Positions 54,987 through 64,000 of a DNA stretch of 64,000 nucleotides are shown one piece after another. The notes beneath the pieces are model-generated. The model was not told where the DNA came from, searched no databases, and was given only the letters and a program-made list of their open reading frames with translations. The stretch's first letter is position 1, and the number at the start of each line of letters is the position of its first letter. The position numbers were made by a program, and so were the translations under genes. Origin of the DNA: a virus; the IMG/VR virus record IMGVR_UViG_3300036791_001056, positions 64,001 through 128,000 of that record. One strand, written 5' to 3'.

Positions 54987-55289
54987 ATGATCCAGCGCAT
55001 CACCACCCGCGAGCAGCTCATCGAGCTGCACCAGCGCCTGCAGCTGCGCGATGACTGGCACGAGCCTGACGAGCGCGAAGTCAGCGCCCGCGTCCGTGGC
55101 GGCAGCTTTGACAACGCCGGTTACTGGGGCACTGAGATGATCACTCAAACATTCAATGGTGTCACCGTCAAGCACAGTGTGCGATCAATGGAAATGTGGG
55201 TCACCGTTACTGTGAACGGGCAGCCCACCGCTGAGGTCAACCTCGCAACGCTGTTCGCCTTCGCCTGCGGCACTTATGACGGGGAGTAG
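54987..55289 (+). CDS. Hypothetical protein
   Basis: DWHEPDE..V.A...G.SFDNAG.W...NLATLFA.A motif. Confidence 0.75.
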   Translation: MIQRITTREQLIELHQRLQLRDDWHEPDEREVSARVRGGSFDNAGYWGTEMITQTFNGVTVKHSVRSMEMWVTVTVNGQPTAEVNLATLFAFACGTYDGE

Positions 55290-55463
55290 GCCAAGTGGAC
55301 CGCAGCATTAAGATTCACTTCATGAACGGTGAGAGCACGATCATCATCGTCACAAACGTTAAGATCGGTGAGGACGGAATCATCCGGTTCGTTCGCATCA
55401 TCAACAGCAAGTGGTGCGAGGTGCTCGCCGCGCCACGCGAGAGCGTCAGGAGCTGGGGCTGAT

Positions 55464-55772
55464 ATGAGCGCTCGCCAGCAGTATGAAGAACTGCTCAAGG
55501 CGTTGAGCCGTGGCCAGACCGCTGAAGAGGCGCTGCGTGAGCTGCAAATCAAGAGGCATAAGAAGCTCATCACCAAGAAGACTTGGCTCTTGGTGCTGGT
55601 CAGCACCATCACACAGTTCTGGTGGGCGCAACTCGTGGTCTGGGGCCTGAGCATGCTAAGTGTAAGCACGGGCATCTGGCCCATCTGGCTGATCATGGAG
55701 GGCGTCAGCAGCATGCTCGTCGCAACAGTCACACTCGGCATGATGTACGCGGTGCGAGACACGAGGGGATGA
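55464..55772 (+). CDS. Membrane protein
   Basis: Start ATG 55464; two hydrophobic helices. Confidence 0.6.
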   Translation: MSARQQYEELLKALSRGQTAEEALRELQIKRHKKLITKKTWLLVLVSTITQFWWAQLVVWGLSMLSVSTGIWPIWLIMEGVSSMLVATVTLGMMYAVRDTRG

Positions 55773-56350
55773 AGATGACTGAAGACACCGGCCACTCGTG
55801 GCCATTCCGCCAGGCAGAGCACGGCAGCTGGACTGAGCTCTTCCAGGCTGACTGCGACCGCAACGCCGGCATGCCGATAGAGCTCATCTCAGCTGAGGTC
55901 TACGCTCAGCGCGAGGGCATGACGCGCGAGGCTCACATCATCCGGGTCCTCCGCGCTGACCGCGAGCGGCGGCAGGCAGAGGCACAGCTGGTGAGTGACC
56001 GCGTGCTGCTCGACGGCGTCATCGACTCGGCCCGCGCGGCCGAGATGACCGTCGTGGAGTACATCACGTCTGACCAGTTCTTGCCCAAGTGCACCAGCCG
56101 CCCGCGCCGCACGTGGGACATCAGCCCGGACTTCCTCGCTCAGCTGCTCACACGGGTCGAGGAGCGCCAGCGCACCGCCATCGTCACAGCACCAGCGTGT
56201 GCTGGCTCTGGCCAGCCGTGGTCCGGCAAGATCTACCCCATGTGCCCAGTGTGCGAACATAGCTGGGAAGACTTGAACGTAATGAAGCCCAAGATCAGTC
56301 AAGTGATTGAGAGCTGGTGGGTAGGTAATGTTCCTGCTCACGCCGACTAA
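55769..56350 (+). CDS. Hypothetical protein with C-terminal Zn motif
   Basis: ATGA coupling; CAGSG...CPVC...H. Confidence 0.6.
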   Translation: MKMTEDTGHSWPFRQAEHGSWTELFQADCDRNAGMPIELISAEVYAQREGMTREAHIIRVLRADRERRQAEAQLVSDRVLLDGVIDSARAAEMTVVEYITSDQFLPKCTSRPRRTWDISPDFLAQLLTRVEERQRTAIVTAPACAGSGQPWSGKIYPMCPVCEHSWEDLNVMKPKISQVIESWWVGNVPAHAD

Positions 56351-56451
56351 GAAGCCGGCACAGCACAACACAGCACTGCGCAGCAGAGAACAGATCAGCA
56401 CAGCAGACCGCAGCTCAGCGTGAGCGGCTAGCAAGTGCTAGCCGCTCACGC
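56348..56451 (+). repeat. Period-5 NNAGC array plus long inverted-repeat hairpin (56418..56451)
   Basis: GAAGC CGGC ACAGC ACAAC ACAGC ACTGC GCAGC ... GCAGC TCAGC; GCGTGAGCGGCTAGCA/TGCTAGCCGCTCACGC. Confidence 0.75.
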
Positions 56452-56457
56452 GCTGTC

Positions 56458-56781
56458 TTACGGGTTGATGGTCAGCGCCACGTCCTGCAGCACCGGCACC
56501 GTCGGGCTGTCGGTGATCTTCACCCACACCAGCCACGTGCCCTGCGCCAAGATCACTCCGCCGTTGGCCGGGCCCACGAGGCACTGCGCCCAGTACGCTG
56601 GGCCGGGGAACGTGGCCCACGAGCCGGTGGTCCACGCTGCCGGCTCCACGTTCGGCAGCGCGGCGGTGGTGAACGCGAACTGCACTTGATCGCTGGTGGG
56701 ATCATACCCGGCAGGCGACTTGACGATGATCTGCACCTGCAGGTAGTCGGTCGACAGCGCTGACTGGGTCACACTGATCAC
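56458..56781 (-). CDS. Small virion protein
   Basis: RBS GAGGAGG; DPT...V.FAF...W..G.W...LVGP...G...VWVKITDSP..PV. Confidence 0.7.
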   Translation of the reverse strand: MISVTQSALSTDYLQVQIIVKSPAGYDPTSDQVQFAFTTAALPNVEPAAWTTGSWATFPGPAYWAQCLVGPANGGVILAQGTWLVWVKITDSPTVPVLQDVALTINP

Positions 56782-56791
56782 CACTGCCTCC

Positions 56792-58591
56792 TCATCTCGC
56801 TCCGCTGACTCCCCACGTGCCGCGCGCCCGGAGACCTTGATCAGCGACCTCCCACGTCCCACCCGCGCCCCGGACGTCCCACGTGAGCCGCGCTCCGCTG
56901 ATGACCCACGAGATGCGCCTCACCGGCGCCCCCGTCGCAGGCGCAGCCAGCAAGCGGCGCTGCCGGTGCAGGTACAGGCCCCGCGCCCGGCGATGCCGGT
57001 GAGCCGGCGGCGGGGCGAGCGGTCCCGGCTGGCCAATGTTGAACAGCGGAACCAGCAGCAAGTGGCCCCTGCGGTGCCTGGGGACCTCTCGGGCCGGCGA
57101 TCGCCGCCGGTGCTGCTGAGCCAGCAGGCACGGGACCGCCGGTGAGAGCGGCGGCACCCAGAGCAGGCGCCGGCTGCTGCGCCGCTGCGGCAGCTGCTGG
57201 CGATGACGATGAAGATGAAGCGCTGGGGCCGGTGCGGTGCCGGCTGGCTGAGCGCTGGGTACCCACAGCACGTGACCGTGCCGGCGCCGCCAGCGCCCGC
57301 CCCGGTGATGACGGCTGAGTGAGGTGATTAGCGGTCCGAGCGTTACCGGCGCCGGCGGCGGGACTATATAGAGATGCCCGCGCCGGTGGCGCAGCGGGAC
57401 GGGTCGCGCGCTGCGGTGCCGGTGGCTGAGCGTTACCGGCGGCGCTTGAGCGTGCTGGAAGCTCGGCGTGACCGGGAGCAGAGGCCGCGCTCGCCGGTGA
57501 TGCCAGACCGCTAGCCGGCTGAGCCGCCGCCGGTGGCTGGGAGTGAGCTCAGCGGGCGGCACCGGGCTCTGCTCGGGAAACCACAGCAGCGTCGTGCGGC
57601 GCCTAGCGTGACGATCAGCGCTCTCATGGAACCGCGCGCGCTGCCGGATGAGCGTGGGCGGCAGTGCCTGCGCGTGCTGGAGCGCTACCGGCGCCCAGAA
57701 GACGTGAGCGCGCCGGTGCCGTGGGCCGACGCGCCCCGGCCGGCGCCGGTGCTGCGGTGCAAGCAGCGGGGGCGCGGTGGGCTGCTGAGGTGAGAACTCC
57801 ACCAGCGTGCTGCGGCGGCGCGAATGCCGGCTCCGCCCGAGCCAGCCCCGCTGGTGCTGAGCGCTGAGCGCTGGGACCGGCACCACAGCTGGCACAGCCA
57901 CCGCGGTGACTCCCGGCTGCCACTGCGCCGGGAACGCCATAGGTGACTGGAAGCCTGGTGGGATGAGCAGCTGGGTCGACGCGGCAGCTGTGACCTGCGC
58001 CGGCCCGACGAGGACATCGAGCCAGAAGTTGGCCGAGTTGTCATCAGTCGCCGGGAAGTCCGCCGTCGGGTCAGCGCTGGCGGTGTCGAACGATCCCTGG
58101 TACGAGTTGGTGAACGGCGCCGGGTTGGTGCCCGCGAACGAGATCGGTGCCGAGTACACGTTGAGGGGGCCGTTGACGATGCCACCAAGGTACGGCGCCC
58201 CGGTGCCACCCTCATTACCGAACTGTGTGTGGGTGTCGTTGAAGTTGTTGACGAGCCCCACGACCGCCTTGTACGGCGTGTTCTGCGTCAAGGCGAACGG
58301 CGTAGCCAGCGGGACGTACGTCCACTGCCCGACGACGGCAGCTGCCGTGCTCGCGCTGGTGTCGCTGCCCTGGTACGTGCCGGTCGTGGCTGCGGTGATC
58401 TGCCACAGCGCGAACGCCGCGCTGGCTGACTGCGCCGAGTCCGAGCGCCAGATGTAGTAGCCGTACAGGAACTGCCCCGGCTGCGTCACTGAGAATGACA
58501 TGCCGGCGACGAAGTTGCCCGTGAACGTAATGGATGACACGGGACCCGTGGCCCCGTTCCCGTTCACCCCGAAGGCGCTGTACTGCGTCAC
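56792..58591 (-). CDS. DUF4082-like domain protein with Arg/His/Pro-rich repeat tail
   Basis: G.SFSV...GY..W...GQW.YVPL.TP..L...FP.....ANFWLDV; C-terminal HRRR...W.P repeats. Confidence 0.7.
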   Translation of the reverse strand: MTQYSAFGVNGNGATGPVSSITFTGNFVAGMSFSVTQPGQFLYGYYIWRSDSAQSASAAFALWQITAATTGTYQGSDTSASTAAAVVGQWTYVPLATPFALTQNTPYKAVVGLVNNFNDTHTQFGNEGGTGAPYLGGIVNGPLNVYSAPISFAGTNPAPFTNSYQGSFDTASADPTADFPATDDNSANFWLDVLVGPAQVTAAASTQLLIPPGFQSPMAFPAQWQPGVTAVAVPAVVPVPALSAQHQRGWLGRSRHSRRRSTLVEFSPQQPTAPPLLAPQHRRRPGRVGPRHRRAHVFWAPVALQHAQALPPTLIRQRARFHESADRHARRRTTLLWFPEQSPVPPAELTPSHRRRLSRLAVWHHRRARPLLPVTPSFQHAQAPPVTLSHRHRSARPVPLRHRRGHLYIVPPPAPVTLGPLITSLSRHHRGGRWRRRHGHVLWVPSAQPAGTAPAPALHLHRHRQQLPQRRSSRRLLWVPPLSPAVPCLLAQQHRRRSPAREVPRHRRGHLLLVPLFNIGQPGPLAPPPAHRHRRARGLYLHRQRRLLAAPATGAPVRRISWVISGARLTWDVRGAGGTWEVADQGLRARGTWGVSGAR

Positions 58592-58653
58592 GGCCGTCTC
58601 CTATGTGGCTGGCCGCGCCGGCCTACGTGCGCACCTCCGCTGCTCTGCCCGCC

Positions 58654-59250
58654 TTAGCACACCTGGAAGATCAAGAACTGGTCACACTGGATCGCGCCGA
58701 ACGCGGCGGACAGCGTCGCGCGCAGCCCGATGGCCGTCGCCGCGGTATACGTGTTGAACGCCGTGACGGTTTCCGGCATGTTCAAGAAGGTGTTGTTCGC
58801 GGTGCCCACAGTTCCCGCGTTGGAGCCCACCGCGGTCGGCAGCTCCATGCTGCCGCCGACCGACAGGGTGTTGCCCGATGAGCCGATGGCCAGCACCCGC
58901 AGCACCACCTCCATCGTCCACCCGATGCCGGTCAGCGAGCCGGTGCCGAGGGTCAGCGCGCCCGTCGTCGTCAGCGTGGTAGCGAGGGTGCCTGACGCAC
59001 CGCACGCCAAGAACGTGGTCAGGTTAGACGTGGTGCCGCCGGTGTTGATCGTGCCACCGGCCTTGATGTACAGCGTCATGCCGGGATAGAACTGCGTGCC
59101 GTTGTACTGCGCGGGGAGAACGAAGTCTTGGGTGGTTGGCGCCTGCGGGCTGATCGTGGCAGTGGTCGCTGACGCCGACAGCGCGGCGCCGTTCGTGGTC
59201 TGCCACGGCACGCCACCGTTCAGCAGGTTAGCCCAGCTCTGGAACGCCAC
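58654..59250 (-). CDS. Virion structural protein
   Basis: Thr/Gly-rich beta protein. Confidence 0.65.
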   Translation of the reverse strand: MAFQSWANLLNGGVPWQTTNGAALSASATTATISPQAPTTQDFVLPAQYNGTQFYPGMTLYIKAGGTINTGGTTSNLTTFLACGASGTLATTLTTTGALTLGTGSLTGIGWTMEVVLRVLAIGSSGNTLSVGGSMELPTAVGSNAGTVGTANNTFLNMPETVTAFNTYTAATAIGLRATLSAAFGAIQCDQFLIFQVC

Positions 59251-59299
59251 GTTAACTCACCGCCCCTCCCCCGTCCGGTTCTTCTGCCCGCTCTAACCT

Positions 59300-59773
59300 T
59301 TACTCTTCCCACTCGGTCGTGATCACGTACGACATGCCCGCCGGCAGCGCGTTCGCTCGGTTGACGAACGCGAATCCCACCGTGGCGGCTGGGACGCTCG
59401 CCGGTGCGAAGTCCTCTGGGATCTCCCACGGCCAGTCACCACCCGACTGGCTGTTGAACGCCATGCTGAACGCATCGGTGCCGTTGAGCGTCGGCGCGGC
59501 GGCCCAGCCCGAGATCAGGTTGTTGGCCGATGAGGCAAACGCCGGGTTGAGCTTGAAGTTCGTCACGTTAGCCGGGGTGGTGCTCGAGCCGGTGCTCGTG
59601 ACGTTGATGCCGACCTGCAGCTGCTGGCTGGACGGCGCTGATGTGCCGGCGATCGTGCCGAGAGTCACCCGGCGCAGCCGGATGCCGACGGTGGCCGAGT
59701 AGCCGACCCACGCGAAGGCAGAGCCTGATGACAGAGCTGCCGCTGACGTGAGCGTGGCGACGTAACGTGCCAT
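59300..59773 (-). CDS. Virion structural protein
   Basis: Start ATG 59773 after GAAAGG; C-terminal EWEE. Confidence 0.65.
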   Translation of the reverse strand: MARYVATLTSAAALSSGSAFAWVGYSATVGIRLRRVTLGTIAGTSAPSSQQLQVGINVTSTGSSTTPANVTNFKLNPAFASSANNLISGWAAAPTLNGTDAFSMAFNSQSGGDWPWEIPEDFAPASVPAATVGFAFVNRANALPAGMSYVITTEWEE

Positions 59774-59933
59774 GAGTGGGCTGCCTTTCGCTGGTGCAGA
59801 ACGACTCTGCCAGTTTTCCGAGCATGCAAAAGGCCGTGAGCAGGTTAAGATGCTCACGGCCTGATGCTGTGCTTAGCTATATTACGCTTTAATTTTCTGA
59901 GCTCAGCCTTCGCGGCCTGGCTGTGCCTGTGAC

Positions 59934-60251
59934 TCAGTGCTGAGCAGCCTCCAGCGGAGAGCTGAACCGCTCGATAGCAGCGGTCACACGATCACGCATG
60001 CCCATGATGAAGGCATCCGTGTCAGTGCTCACCGGCGCTGAGCCCACGAGCGCATCACTCTTGAGAGAGAAGCGCTGGTCCAGGCGGACAGCAGCAGCGA
60101 GCTCTGTGGCCCACCGTGGGTCGGCATCGCTGTGCGCGTCGCGCCAGCCCGCCGCTGAGTCAGCGACTCCCCAGCCGATGAGCGCGGCTACGCTGATGGC
60201 CAAGATGATGATCATGACGATGAGTGCGGTGATCATGCTCGGCACACCCAC
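59934..60251 (-). CDS. Membrane protein
   Basis: Single N-terminal hydrophobic helix. Confidence 0.55.
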   Translation of the reverse strand: MGVPSMITALIVMIIILAISVAALIGWGVADSAAGWRDAHSDADPRWATELAAAVRLDQRFSLKSDALVGSAPVSTDTDAFIMGMRDRVTAAIERFSSPLEAAQH

Positions 60252-61063
60252 GCCGCGAAGGTGTCGCCCGCGCCGGTGAACTTAGCGACCGCGTTCTCAG
60301 CGTTCACCATGGGATTGAAGATGTATCCCGGCACCACCTCGCCGAGGATCTGCCAGTACCCGCTGGCGCCGCTCGGGTTGTAGGCGTACTGGTTCCCGCC
60401 GGACTCGCACTCAGCGATGGCAGCGGCGCTCCACGCGGCCCAGCGCGGGCCGCGTGCTGCCTCCCAGAGCTGCTCGAGCTGGCCAAATGACAGGCGCCCG
60501 CTGAGACCTCCTGAGGCAGCCGGAATGCCCGCTCCGGACCCACCACGTGGAGTCCGGTGAGAGCCGTAAGACCGGTAGCTCACCGTGACCTCAGCTCGGT
60601 GCCGGTACGCAGCCGGCAGGGCCGTCGAGCAGGCCGCCGGGATGACCAGGCGCTCACCCACCATGATGAAGTCCGGGTTGGCGCCGATGGTGCGCTCGTT
60701 CCAGCGGAAGATGCCCGGCCAGCACCCGGCGGCGCCGTAGACGCGGCGGCTGATGACGCTGAGCGTGTCGCCTCGCGCGACCGTGACTGCGCTGGGGCGC
60801 CACGCTGCCGGGCGCCGGGGCAGCTGGCCGGCTGAGTGGGTGAGCGCGCCGCGCTCCGTGATCCCGCGCGCCGTCATCACGCTCGCTGCGCTAGCGGTGA
60901 CTGACTGGCTGCTGGCGCTGCTGGTTGATGCGAACAGCGTGACCACGAGGGCGATAGCGGCGCTGGCGAGCGTCAGCGCGACGCACGAACCAGCGATGAC
61001 TGCTTGCTGCTTGCTGCTGCGTGACTTATCAACGTGTGTGCCGTGATAGGTCCGATGAGACAT
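60233..61063 (-). CDS. Membrane-anchored LysM + lytic transglycosylase protein
   Basis: TM helix; LysM V.RGDTLS.IS...W..I...N...NPD.I.VG..L.IP; IAECESGGN..A.N...ASGYWQI; start ATG 61063 after AAGGA. Confidence 0.88.
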   Translation of the reverse strand: MSHRTYHGTHVDKSRSSKQQAVIAGSCVALTLASAAIALVVTLFASTSSASSQSVTASAASVMTARGITERGALTHSAGQLPRRPAAWRPSAVTVARGDTLSVISRRVYGAAGCWPGIFRWNERTIGANPDFIMVGERLVIPAACSTALPAAYRHRAEVTVSYRSYGSHRTPRGGSGAGIPAASGGLSGRLSFGQLEQLWEAARGPRWAAWSAAAIAECESGGNQYAYNPSGASGYWQILGEVVPGYIFNPMVNAENAVAKFTGAGDTFAAWVCRA

Positions 61064-61368
61064 GTGGCTGTCCTTGGCCTGCACCGAGGCATCACGCCGC
61101 CGGTGCTCCTTCGCCGCTGATGGCGTGGGTCCGCGATCTTCGCGGAAGCGGTCGTGTGACCAGCGGGTTCAGGGCTGGCCGACCGCGCGCCGGGCGCTGT
61201 CGGGCTCCAAGGTGGCAGCGAGAGACACGTCTCGTACTGGCTTCAGTATATCACATTAGTGAGAACTGCCAACCGGTGCTGGAGCTGTTATCTGACAGTA
61301 ACCCAGCAGCGGCCGGCTGGCCAGCGGTTTGAGAAAAATTATCTCAAGTTGAGCTGAGACCTGCCAAG

Positions 61369-61608
61369 TCACCCATCCAGCCAGTTCCACACGGTGCCGT
61401 ACTCCGGGTGACCGTGAACACACTCGAGATCAGCCAGTGATGACCAGAATGACGTAGACCGGTACGTGGTCAGCCAGCGCACCGCTACGGTGCCGTCAGA
61501 GAACACGACTCCCTCAAACTGCGCCTCATCAGGCGGATTCGTGACGCCCTGCTCGTAATACTCAGCTGGTGGGCTCGGCCGCAGCACCTCAAACCGGCGG
61601 ATCATCAC
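61369..61608 (-). CDS. Hypothetical protein
   Basis: EGVVFSDGTVAVRW....ST.......VHGH motif. Confidence 0.75.
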   Translation of the reverse strand: MMIRRFEVLRPSPPAEYYEQGVTNPPDEAQFEGVVFSDGTVAVRWLTTYRSTSFWSSLADLECVHGHPEYGTVWNWLDG

Positions 61609-61849
61609 CTATCCAAGTGTGACAGCTGCCGCAGTACCGCTCGCGGACGTCATTATGATTATAACTAGTCTTACCGCAGCGTAGGCACGTTATGCTCAAG
61701 CTCACAGGTGCCGTGTTGAACGCTTGAACGTGCAGCTCAGTGAGCTCATCATTCACGCCGAACTGATGATCATCAGCCACTTGGCTCGTGTCCAGCAGCC
61801 TCACCGGGCCTTGGTCACTGGCTAGCTGCCAGCGAGAGCAGATCTTCAC
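61589..61849 (-). CDS. Zn-ribbon protein
   Basis: SITC.RCG.TSYN.NDV.ERYCG.CH. Confidence 0.7.
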   Translation of the reverse strand: MKICSRWQLASDQGPVRLLDTSQVADDHQFGVNDELTELHVQAFNTAPVSLSITCLRCGKTSYNHNDVRERYCGSCHTWIGDDPPV

Positions 61850-61895
61850 CGCGCGTCTTACCCCCAGCCAATGCCACTCACGTGATGCTCTCCTC

Positions 61896-62528
61896 TCAGC
61901 AACTCAGCTCGAAGCACGTTCCCGGACCGTCCCACTCTTGTGCCGGCAGTGGGTCATCTCGGGGCGCTGACACGATCCACGCACCGTTCTGCGGGGCGAA
62001 CGGCATGGACACAGACTCTTGGATGCCGCCCGCCTCATTGGGATCGAACCACGTCCAGGGGTAGTACTCCGGCGGCGGCCCGTAACCCAGCGGGTTGCCG
62101 AAGAACGCCTGCCCGGCCCACGAGTCACTGCACGTCACGACCTGCAGCCGGACGTTGTCCGCCACATTGTGATCGTACAGGCACAGGGTACCACCGTCAT
62201 ACGCCACCTTCAGGTGGAACATGCCCTTGTAAGCACCGGACGTGATCTGCACCTGCTGCCAGAGGAAGTTCGCACCGCTCTGGCACCACCACAGCACCAC
62301 GTCCGTGCCCGAGCCGCCGGTGCCGCCGCCTGTGGGGTCCGCTAGGCAATAGTTAGTATCAGTCGTCCAGTACCACGGCGCCCAGCCTGAGCTGGCACGG
62401 GCACTGGGAGCGGCGCCTGCCGCCAGCAGGCCTGCAGCCGTCAGCGCAGCGGCGGTGAGGCCCAGCCGCCTGGGGAGGTTCATCAGCATGCTCCCTAAAG
62501 TTCTTGCGAGATTTTCCTCTGATGTCAC
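61896..62528 (-). CDS. Secreted ricin-B (beta-trefoil) lectin-like protein
   Basis: Signal peptide; repeated CL.D...V.L..C.....W and QEW motifs; start may be about 62489. Confidence 0.7.
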   Translation of the reverse strand: MTSEENLARTLGSMLMNLPRRLGLTAAALTAAGLLAAGAAPSARASSGWAPWYWTTDTNYCLADPTGGGTGGSGTDVVLWWCQSGANFLWQQVQITSGAYKGMFHLKVAYDGGTLCLYDHNVADNVRLQVVTCSDSWAGQAFFGNPLGYGPPPEYYPWTWFDPNEAGGIQESVSMPFAPQNGAWIVSAPRDDPLPAQEWDGPGTCFELSC

Positions 62529-62569
62529 TGACAGGTACTCCTCCGTTTATCAGTGCATGCCGCTGCTCT

Positions 62570-62908
62570 TTACGCGGCCTCGAGGACACTGGCGATGGCT
62601 CGGTAGGCACGGATCAGCTGCTCCGCGCGGTAGACTCGGACGTGGCGCCGCCGGCTGCCGCTCGGGCGCTTCCCGGCTGGCGTCATGCCCACCAGGTTCA
62701 CGAGCTGGCGGACTTGCGCCTCATCCAGATCGGGCGGCCCAAGCAGCCGCGCGGCGTCAGCCACCGTCCAGAACCGCTCGTCATCCACGGCCACCACCGT
62801 CAGGGTGCGGGTAGCGTAGCCGCGCTTCTTCTCAGCTTGATTCTCGGTCAGGATAATGCTCGTCATTGCTTGGTTCCTGTTCTTGCCGTGAGGCTCGTCC
62901 CTTCCCAA
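62570..62908 (-). CDS. HTH DNA-binding protein
   Basis: WTVADAARLL.PP....QVR.L......PAGKR....RVY. Confidence 0.7.
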   Translation of the reverse strand: MGRDEPHGKNRNQAMTSIILTENQAEKKRGYATRTLTVVAVDDERFWTVADAARLLGPPDLDEAQVRQLVNLVGMTPAGKRPSGSRRRHVRVYRAEQLIRAYRAIASVLEAA

Positions 62909-63015
62909 GTGGCCACTGCCGAGCCCATCGCCGCCGCTCGTGGATCAGCCGCGAGCTGCGATTCATCATGCTAGCTATTTTACCAGCTTGATAAGGATTT
63001 CCCTAACTTCAGTGA

Positions 63016-63279
63016 TCACCAAGTTCGGTCCCACGCCCGCTGCCAGCTCCGTGCCACGATGTCAAACGCATCTCGTGAGATGACTGACCCGCTCCACTCC
63101 ACCCGAAGCGCAGCAGGATGCGCTACCAGCACGATAGTGGGATCATCGAGCCACGGATGCTCCACCAGCTCATCATACGGCTCATTGTCATGCAGCAGCA
63201 ATACGGCGCGCGCCTCGCGCTTCTTACCCGGCGGGCAGTAAGCAGTGATCTTACCGGAACGACTCGTCAGCCCACTCAC
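63016..63279 (-). CDS. Hypothetical protein
   Basis: RBS GAGGAGG; operon spacing. Confidence 0.6.
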   Translation of the reverse strand: MSGLTSRSGKITAYCPPGKKREARAVLLLHDNEPYDELVEHPWLDDPTIVLVAHPAALRVEWSGSVISRDAFDIVARSWQRAWDRTW

Positions 63280-63283
63280 CTCC

Positions 63284-63928
63284 TCACCTGGCTAATGATG
63301 CCGGCAGCTCTGGCAGGCCGAGCACGCCGTCCTGCCAGAGCAGCTCGAGATGAGCGGTAAACGAGCTGTATGTGATCTCTGCCGCTGGCCGCCGGCCCTC
63401 ATCATCACGACAGCCGGGGTTAACACACCTTACGACGCCGTGCAGCGGCCAGTACCGCAGCGTGAACCCAGCGCAGAACGGGCACGGCCGCTCCCGCTCA
63501 CCGGGCTGCCGGGGCAGCCGGATGATACTGCTGGCCTCTCCGAGGACGCGCGCCGCCTGCCCGCACCACCTCTCCAGCCACCGCGCGGCGTCCAGCGCGC
63601 GCTGGGTGCCCGCTGCCTCAGCCAGCGCCAGGATGCTGCGCAGCGCGATGCCGGTGTTCTTATCGCTGGTCCCGCGGTCACGGATGGGCAAGCTGAGCGC
63701 TCCGCGCAGGGACCTCTCGACGTACCGGGCCTCTCGCCGCAGCTCGAAGACCAAGTTGGCCGCCGCGGGACTCCACGGCGGCCGAGGGCCGGGCGGCGTG
63801 AACACGCCACCACTGCCCCGGGCTGGCCACGCCGTCAGTGCCAGCTCGAGCCGTGCGTGCATCTTCACGCTCTGCTCAACCGCCGTCCGGAGCCGGTCGC
63901 GGCAGCTGGCGTCCAGGGTGTAGGGCAC
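63284..63928 (-). CDS. Zn-ribbon transcription-regulator-like phage protein
   Basis: PPW..AAA, CPFC...L......VRC.NPGC.D; TGATACAGT 6 nt before GTG. Confidence 0.7.
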   Translation of the reverse strand: MPYTLDASCRDRLRTAVEQSVKMHARLELALTAWPARGSGGVFTPPGPRPPWSPAAANLVFELRREARYVERSLRGALSLPIRDRGTSDKNTGIALRSILALAEAAGTQRALDAARWLERWCGQAARVLGEASSIIRLPRQPGERERPCPFCAGFTLRYWPLHGVVRCVNPGCRDDEGRRPAAEITYSSFTAHLELLWQDGVLGLPELPASLAR

Positions 63929-64000
63929 AGAGTTACTGTATCACATTAACGCTTATGCCTGTGCTAGTCTCGTCTTCGCTATTTGGATGTCCGTGACGGT

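Noticed and set aside
1-64000. Integrase, att site or host genes marking a prophage boundary
   Set aside because: None seen; lifestyle cannot be determined from this window

Overview
This window is about 64 kb of a high-GC tailed (siphovirus-like) phage or prophage. An actinobacterial host is likely (inference from GC content, leaderless promoters and gene families). The minus strand carries the virion operon, read right to left: LysM-transglycosylase and extra virion genes, terminase small, terminase large (intein), several large head-region polyproteins, a portal-intein-MuF-Nudix-nuclease-ADP-ribosyltransferase fusion, prohead protease/scaffold, major capsid split by a group I intron, decoration proteins, head-tail adaptor, tail terminator, tail tube, tail assembly chaperones with a -1 frameshift, tape measure, and a minor tail protein cut by the window edge. 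About 15 small plus-strand cassettes interrupt this operon, most behind a near-identical sigma70-type promoter. The main novelties are: (1) a modular head-cargo polyprotein system in which effector domains follow recurrent Lys sites and short repeated tag peptides; (2) a terminase intein whose middle is the alternate reading frame of an HNH endonuclease gene with its own embedded leaderless promoter; (3) a shared promoter/operator/leader regulon for the antisense cassettes; (4) period-5 NNAGC arrays, mostly abutting terminator hairpins; (5) a tRNA-like cloverleaf overlapping a gene start. All calls are by-eye motif recognition; no database searches were run.
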